Positions 58,953 to 64,000 of a stretch of DNA of 64,000 nucleotides are shown here, piece by piece. The notes under the pieces were generated by a model. That model ran no database searches. It was not told the DNA's origin and saw nothing but the letters and a program-made list of their open reading frames with translations. A program made the translations under genes and the position numbers. The DNA is from an uncultured Gemmatimonadales bacterium (GTDB lineage Bacteria > Gemmatimonadota > Gemmatimonadetes > Gemmatimonadales > GWC2-71-9), in assembly GCA_963695555.1 (NCBI GenBank), contig CAVOGR010000001.1:64001-128000 (forward strand). The letters are read 5' to 3'. Position 1 is the stretch's first letter. Each line of letters starts with the position of its first letter.

Positions 58953-60050
58953 TTACCGCAACCACTCATCACGATGTGCTGCGACAAACCGATCGTCGGT
59001 CAGGTGGGGATACGCCTGGTGTGCCCGGTCGATCTCGGCTCGCTGGCCGGGCGACAGCTCACACCCGGGGTCGAGGCACCAGCGACCGCGTAACAGGCCC
59101 TGTCGCCGAAGCACCTCGTGAATACCGGGGATCGAGCCCCGGAAGCCGTGGGCGGCATCGAATATCGCGGCGTTCGCATCGGTCAGCTGTGCAGCCAGCT
59201 CCAGCAGCGGTTTGGGTATGGTCCGCCTCCGACTCGAGCGGGCACGGCTGCACGCCTTCCAGTGCGCGACCGCGCGGCGGGTCCAGACCGCCCATTGGCC
59301 GAGCAGTCCGCCGACCATGCGCACGGGGGCGTGCCGGGGAGCGAAGCGGTAGGTGGTCAGCAGGTCGAGAATGATGTGATCGTCGTTCCCGGTGTAGAGC
59401 GCCACGTCACCGGCACGGCCCACCTCCCATACCGCGCGTGCCACCTCCAGTGTCTGATAGCGGTCGAAGGGAGCAACCTTGATCGCAACCAGGTTCTCGA
59501 TCTCGAGCAATCGGTGCCAAAAGCCTCGCGGCAGGATGCGGCCGCCCACGGCGGGCTGGAGGTAGAAGCCGACGATGGGCATGACCTGGGCGATGGCGTG
59601 GGCCCGGGCCACCAGGCGAGCGAGTGGGGCGCGACGGAGATCTCGAAAGCTGATCATGGCCGCGTGATAACCCAAGTCCGCGGCAAGGACGGCTTCCGCT
59701 ACTGCGTGACGGGTCGGACCGCTGACGCCGGCGATGCGAATGAACCGCCGCTGCCGCGCTGTCCGAGCCTCCGCGATGGTCTCCGCCCCCAACTCGAGCA
59801 CCGGCTGGAACAACCCGATCTTCGGATCGTGGATTTCGAATTGTGTGGTGTGGACCCCGATGGCCACGCCGCCGGCACCGGATGCGAGGTAGTAACGGGT
59901 AAGCGCCCGCTGCCGCCGCTCGTCCAGCCGGCGGCTGGGCGTCAGGGCTAACGGATGGGCGGGAATTACCGCACCCTGGCGAAGCCGCCGCACAATTGCG
60001 TTCGGTGGCATGGGGTTGCTCGCGGAGCGGCTTGGGCTAGAACCGGCCAT
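58953..60050 (-). CDS. DHDPS/NAL-family class I aldolase-like protein
   Basis: VIPAHPLAL, GVHTTQF, FYLQPAVGG, AIKVAPF and YTGNDD; start may be 60011. Confidence 0.85.
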   Translation of the reverse strand: MAGSSPSRSASNPMPPNAIVRRLRQGAVIPAHPLALTPSRRLDERRQRALTRYYLASGAGGVAIGVHTTQFEIHDPKIGLFQPVLELGAETIAEARTARQRRFIRIAGVSGPTRHAVAEAVLAADLGYHAAMISFRDLRRAPLARLVARAHAIAQVMPIVGFYLQPAVGGRILPRGFWHRLLEIENLVAIKVAPFDRYQTLEVARAVWEVGRAGDVALYTGNDDHIILDLLTTYRFAPRHAPVRMVGGLLGQWAVWTRRAVAHWKACSRARSSRRRTIPKPLLELAAQLTDANAAIFDAAHGFRGSIPGIHEVLRRQGLLRGRWCLDPGCELSPGQRAEIDRAHQAYPHLTDDRFVAAHRDEWLR

Positions 60051-61059
60051 GTCGTTCTTCGAAATGAGTCGGCAGCTCCAACGACCTGCCTCCCGCGGCC
60101 ACCCAGCCGGCCACCCACTCGATCATCTGCTCGACCGACACCTCGGGCGGGCCGAACAATCGGTAGGATCTACTGGGATCGCTGAGCAGCGCCGTGTCGG
60201 ACTCCGCTCCGGTGAACCGAGGTTCGATACCCCAGATCCCACCGAAGCGGTGAGCCAGCTCTCGAATGCTCACCTTGTCGCCCGTCAGATTCAGCACGAG
60301 GGGAGGTGAGGCCGCGTGGGCCAGGGCGGCAAGGATTCGCGCATTGGCGTCACGCTGCCAGATCAGGTTGACCCATCCCATGGAAAGGTCGAGCGGCTCC
60401 CGGCGGTAGACTCGGTCGGCGATGTCCCGCAGCACACCGTAGCGAAGTTCGATCGCGTAGTTGAGCCGGAGCACGGCTGCTGATGTATGGCTGTGACGCG
60501 AGAAGAACTCCACGATACGCTCCCGTGCGAGAGCCGACACCGCGTAGTCGCCCACGGGCCCCAAAGAGTCGGCTTCGGTGGCGCCACTGCCTCCGGCCGG
60601 GCTCATGGCATACACGTTCCCGGTCGAGAGCACGACCCACCGCGCCTCCGGAAACCGCTGCATGGCCGCGCCGCTCAGGTATGCGTTCGTGGCCCACATC
60701 CGGGTCGGCTCCGCGGCGGTGCCGAATTTCTGTCCTACGAGATAGAGGACGTTCTCGACCCTGGGCAGCGCGTCGAACCCTGAGTCGGCCAACAGATCGC
60801 AGGCGATGGTCTCGACACCAGCCCGGTCGAGAAGTTGTCGAGTGTCCGGACGTGAGAAGCGCGCTGCGCCGATAATGCGGCGGCGCGTACCGGCGGCCTC
60901 GGAGGCGCGTCGTGCCAACCGCGCAAGGCTGGGTCCCATCTTGCCCGACACGCCGAGAACAAGCACATCGCCGTCCAGGTCGCGCATGGCCTCGACCACC
61001 GCCTCGGTCGGGGTCGAGAGCAGGTCGTCGAGCTCGAGCTCAGTCTGCGGAGGCGGCAT
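60037..61059 (-). CDS. NAD-dependent epimerase/dehydratase-family protein
   Basis: LGVSGKMG, STGNVY and RLNYA. Confidence 0.85.
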   Translation of the reverse strand: MPPPQTELELDDLLSTPTEAVVEAMRDLDGDVLVLGVSGKMGPSLARLARRASEAAGTRRRIIGAARFSRPDTRQLLDRAGVETIACDLLADSGFDALPRVENVLYLVGQKFGTAAEPTRMWATNAYLSGAAMQRFPEARWVVLSTGNVYAMSPAGGSGATEADSLGPVGDYAVSALARERIVEFFSRHSHTSAAVLRLNYAIELRYGVLRDIADRVYRREPLDLSMGWVNLIWQRDANARILAALAHAASPPLVLNLTGDKVSIRELAHRFGGIWGIEPRFTGAESDTALLSDPSRSYRLFGPPEVSVEQMIEWVAGWVAAGGRSLELPTHFEERHGRF

Positions 61060-61257
61060 GGTCAAGGGCGCCCGTTATCTTCCTCGTGTCCGGGCCTGCG
61101 ATATTTGCCGCGTGTGCCTGCCCGGGCTGGGCATGCGTCTCCCCGGCAGGTCGTCCCGCACTGCGTGGTGTTGGGTAGAACTCATGAGGGCAGCACCTCC
61201 CCAGTTTATGCACTTAGTTTCCGTGCACTACATGTTTCGAGCAAGGGCAGGGAAGTG

Positions 61258-63111
61258 ATGGATCAAACTCGGCGACTCTCTCGGGCGACGCGCCTGGCTC
61301 TCTTCATGATGGCCCTGGCCGTTGCGGCTCAGCCGGCCCCGGCCCAGGAGCCTGACTCCGCCAAGACGCTCACCTTTGCGTCCGGCAACCTGCAGCTGGC
61401 CGGCCAGCGGCTGGAGGTGGACCTCGGCACGCTTCGAGTGCCGGAGGTTCGAGGCAACCCGCTGGGTCGGACGCTGACCCTTCCCGTGGTGCGCTTCGAA
61501 AACACGGCGACCAATCCTGGCTCCCCGATCGTATACTTGGCGGGTGGCCCCGGCGAGCCTGGTGTCGGTGCGGTGCAAGGTAGCCTGGCGCCGATGGTCC
61601 TTGCCCTGAGACAGGTCGCCGATGTCATCGCGCTCGAACTCAGGGGAACCGGACAGGCAGCCGATTCCATGCAATGTCCGGAGAAGGACCACCTGCCGCT
61701 CGATCGTCCGGGCAGTCCTGAGCGCTATCGTTCGCGGGTCCTCAAGCATGCAGCCTCGTGCATCGAGTTCATGCAGCGCCATGGCATCGACCTTTCCGGA
61801 TACACCGTCGAAGCCAGCGTGAACGATTTGCAGGACCTGAGGCAGGCCTTGGGCGCGGAGAAGCTGACGCTCTGGGCATTCGGATCCGGAACCCACCTGG
61901 CGCTGGAGATGGCGCGACGCTACCCGGCCAGTGTGGACCGTATGATCCTCGCCGGCATCCAGGGCCCCGACCAGACGCTGGCGCTGCCGAGTGATGGCGA
62001 TGCCGCGCTGCAGGAGCTGGTCGACCTTGCCGGGAGCGACACCGCCTATGCAGGGTACCCGGACCTCCTCGGCACGCTCCGGCAGGTGCTCGATCGCCTC
62101 GACCGCGAGCCGGTGCGAGTGGAGGTGTTGCCGAAGCGTCGCGTGGTCGTGGGGAAGTGGGATCTGCAGAAACGTTTGGCGGATGCGATCGAGAGCCAAG
62201 GTGAGCTCGAGCGGATCCCGGCGTCGATTGTGGAGATGTCTCGGGGTGACTTCACCGACTTGGGACGCTGGGCGTACGGGTTTCGTCGCGGCCTGAGCTG
62301 GTCGGCGGCGGCGCTCGCCACAACCTGTGCGTCGTATGCGTCGGCAGAGCGCTTCGAGCGCATCGCATCGGAGGCGCCGTCGTCGGTGGTTGGTACCGCG
62401 GCCGACTATCCGCTTCCTGATGTCTGCCAGGTGCCGGGCCTTCCCCGGTTGAGCGATGACGTTCGCGCTCCAGTCCGCTCTGCCATCCCGACGCTCTTCA
62501 TCAGCGGAACGCTGGACGGGCGCACACCGGGAAGGAACGCGGCGGCAGTTGCAGCCGGATTCGAGCAGTCACAGCAGCTGGTACTGCGCGGTGTGACGCA
62601 TGACGGCCTTGTCAGGGCTTCACCGACCCTGGTGGAAACCGTGCTGGCGTTCGCGCGTGGTGAGGCGATTCGCGACACCGTGATCGACGGACCGACCTTG
62701 GACTTCGTCCGGCTGTATCCGCGCTCGCTGGCGACGGAGGTTCTCCGGCGGCTCACGGAGACCAATTATGCCGCCACAGTCGACTGGTACCACGAACAGC
62801 GTCGAACGAGCGGTTCGGAGCCCATGTACGACTTCAATGAGCGGGTGCTCAACACCCTGGGGTATGACCTGCTGCGGGCGGATGAGATCGAGCTTGCCCT
62901 CGCGGTGTTTCATCTCAATACCGAGGCCTATCCCGGAGGCTTCAACACTTGGGACAGCCTGGGGGAGGGCTATCTGGTTGCCCGGGACACGCTGCGCGCC
63001 ATTCGCAATTATCGGAAGTCACTCGCGCTCAACCCCGACAACGGCAACGCACGGGCGATCCTCTCGGAGCTTCAACGCAGGTCCCCGAACGCCGAGGGCC
63101 GCCGTCGCTAG
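61258..63111 (+). CDS. Secreted alpha/beta-hydrolase (TAP-like) with C-terminal TPR
   Basis: Signal peptide; YLAGGPG, RGTG, GTLDGRTP, GVTH and NTWDSLGEGY. Confidence 0.85.
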   Translation: MDQTRRLSRATRLALFMMALAVAAQPAPAQEPDSAKTLTFASGNLQLAGQRLEVDLGTLRVPEVRGNPLGRTLTLPVVRFENTATNPGSPIVYLAGGPGEPGVGAVQGSLAPMVLALRQVADVIALELRGTGQAADSMQCPEKDHLPLDRPGSPERYRSRVLKHAASCIEFMQRHGIDLSGYTVEASVNDLQDLRQALGAEKLTLWAFGSGTHLALEMARRYPASVDRMILAGIQGPDQTLALPSDGDAALQELVDLAGSDTAYAGYPDLLGTLRQVLDRLDREPVRVEVLPKRRVVVGKWDLQKRLADAIESQGELERIPASIVEMSRGDFTDLGRWAYGFRRGLSWSAAALATTCASYASAERFERIASEAPSSVVGTAADYPLPDVCQVPGLPRLSDDVRAPVRSAIPTLFISGTLDGRTPGRNAAAVAAGFEQSQQLVLRGVTHDGLVRASPTLVETVLAFARGEAIRDTVIDGPTLDFVRLYPRSLATEVLRRLTETNYAATVDWYHEQRRTSGSEPMYDFNERVLNTLGYDLLRADEIELALAVFHLNTEAYPGGFNTWDSLGEGYLVARDTLRAIRNYRKSLALNPDNGNARAILSELQRRSPNAEGRRR

Positions 63112-63144
63112 CATTCCACGCGTCGTCGGCCCCATCTTTGGGCC

Positions 63145-64000
63145 ATGAACGTCCACGGGTCCCCCTATCGGACAATCCGCATCGCCGACGATGGCTGGGC
63201 CGTCGAGATCATCGACCAGACCGCGCTGCCCCATCGCTTTCGGCTCATGCGCCTCGAAACGGTGGACCAGGTGGCACACGCGATTCGGACGATGCAAGTG
63301 CGCGGCGCGCCGCTGATCGGAGCCGCAGCCGCGTATGGCATGGCACTCGCCGCGCGACAGGATGCGTCGGACAGCGCCCTGAAGCAGGCCGGCGAATCGC
63401 TCTGTCGGACCCGTCCTACCGCGGTCAACCTTGCCTGGGCCGTCGATCGTGTGTCGGCAGTGCTGCGAGAGCTTCCTCGTGGCGAGCGGGTCCGGGCGGC
63501 CTACGCGGAGGCCGGCGAGATCGCCGAGAACGATGTCGAAACGTGCCGGAAGATCGGCGAGCACGGTCTCCCCGTCATTCGTGAGATTGCGGAGCGGAAG
63601 CAGGGTCGGCCGGTGCAGATCCTGACGCACTGCAATGCCGGATGGCTGGCCACCGTCGATTACGGCACGGCGCTGAGCCCGGTCTACCAGGCGTTCGACG
63701 CCGGCATCCGTGTGCATGTATGGGTCGATGAAACGCGTCCGCGAAACCAGGGGGCCGGCCTGACGGCCTGGGAGCTTGGCGCCCATGGGGTTCCGCATAC
63801 CATCATCGTCGATAGCGCCGCGGCGCATCTCATGCAGCGCGGCAGGGTCGATCTCTGCATCACGGGCACGGACCGCACCACGGTGTCGGGCGATGTCTGC
63901 AACAAGATCGGTACCTACCCCAAGGCGCTGGCCGCCCACCGCAGCAGCATTCCCTTTTACGTGGCCGTCCCGCATTCGAGCATCGACTGGGCCATCCGCG
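63145..64000 (+). CDS. mtnA: Methylthioribose-1-phosphate isomerase (3' truncated; absent from ORF track)
   Basis: Manual translation: [46 protein letters not shown] and NKIGTY. Confidence 0.95.
   Translation, partial: MNVHGSPYRTIRIADDGWAVEIIDQTALPHRFRLMRLETVDQVAHAIRTMQVRGAPLIGAAAAYGMALAARQDASDSALKQAGESLCRTRPTAVNLAWAVDRVSAVLRELPRGERVRAAYAEAGEIAENDVETCRKIGEHGLPVIREIAERKQGRPVQILTHCNAGWLATVDYGTALSPVYQAFDAGIRVHVWVDETRPRNQGAGLTAWELGAHGVPHTIIVDSAAAHLMQRGRVDLCITGTDRTTVSGDVCNKIGTYPKALAAHRSSIPFYVAVPHSSIDWAIR

Overview
Gene-dense, high-GC bacterial chromosomal segment. The lineage is most likely Gemmatimonadota, inferred from four Hanks-type Ser/Thr kinases, an HU with a short insertion and many lineage-style lipoproteins. 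About 60 CDSs are supported; I saw no tRNA, rRNA, CRISPR array, transposase or integrase. Signalling genes: kinases, an orphan PAS-PAS-GAF histidine kinase, PadR and TetR. Nucleoside/pyrimidine catabolism: nucleoside hydrolase-rbsK, a C-N hydrolase and hydA. DNA metabolism: HU, a DUF99 endonuclease V-like protein, a UvrD helicase with an internal DEDDh exonuclease, and topoisomerase IB. Envelope and transport: an ompA-plsC-M23-PIG-L-spmA-spmB-M14 run, a thioesterase-ABC-FtsX-AttH/lipocalin operon, three MscS and corA. A partial mtnA ends the window. No single system is unambiguously new. The strongest leads are the spmAB envelope cluster, the helicase-exonuclease fusion, three enzymes with substituted catalytic residues, a TAGGGAG heptamer repeat that supplies stop codons at convergent gene ends, and a sigma54-type promoter in front of an unknown membrane protein. 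All family assignments come from motif recognition by eye, not database searches.
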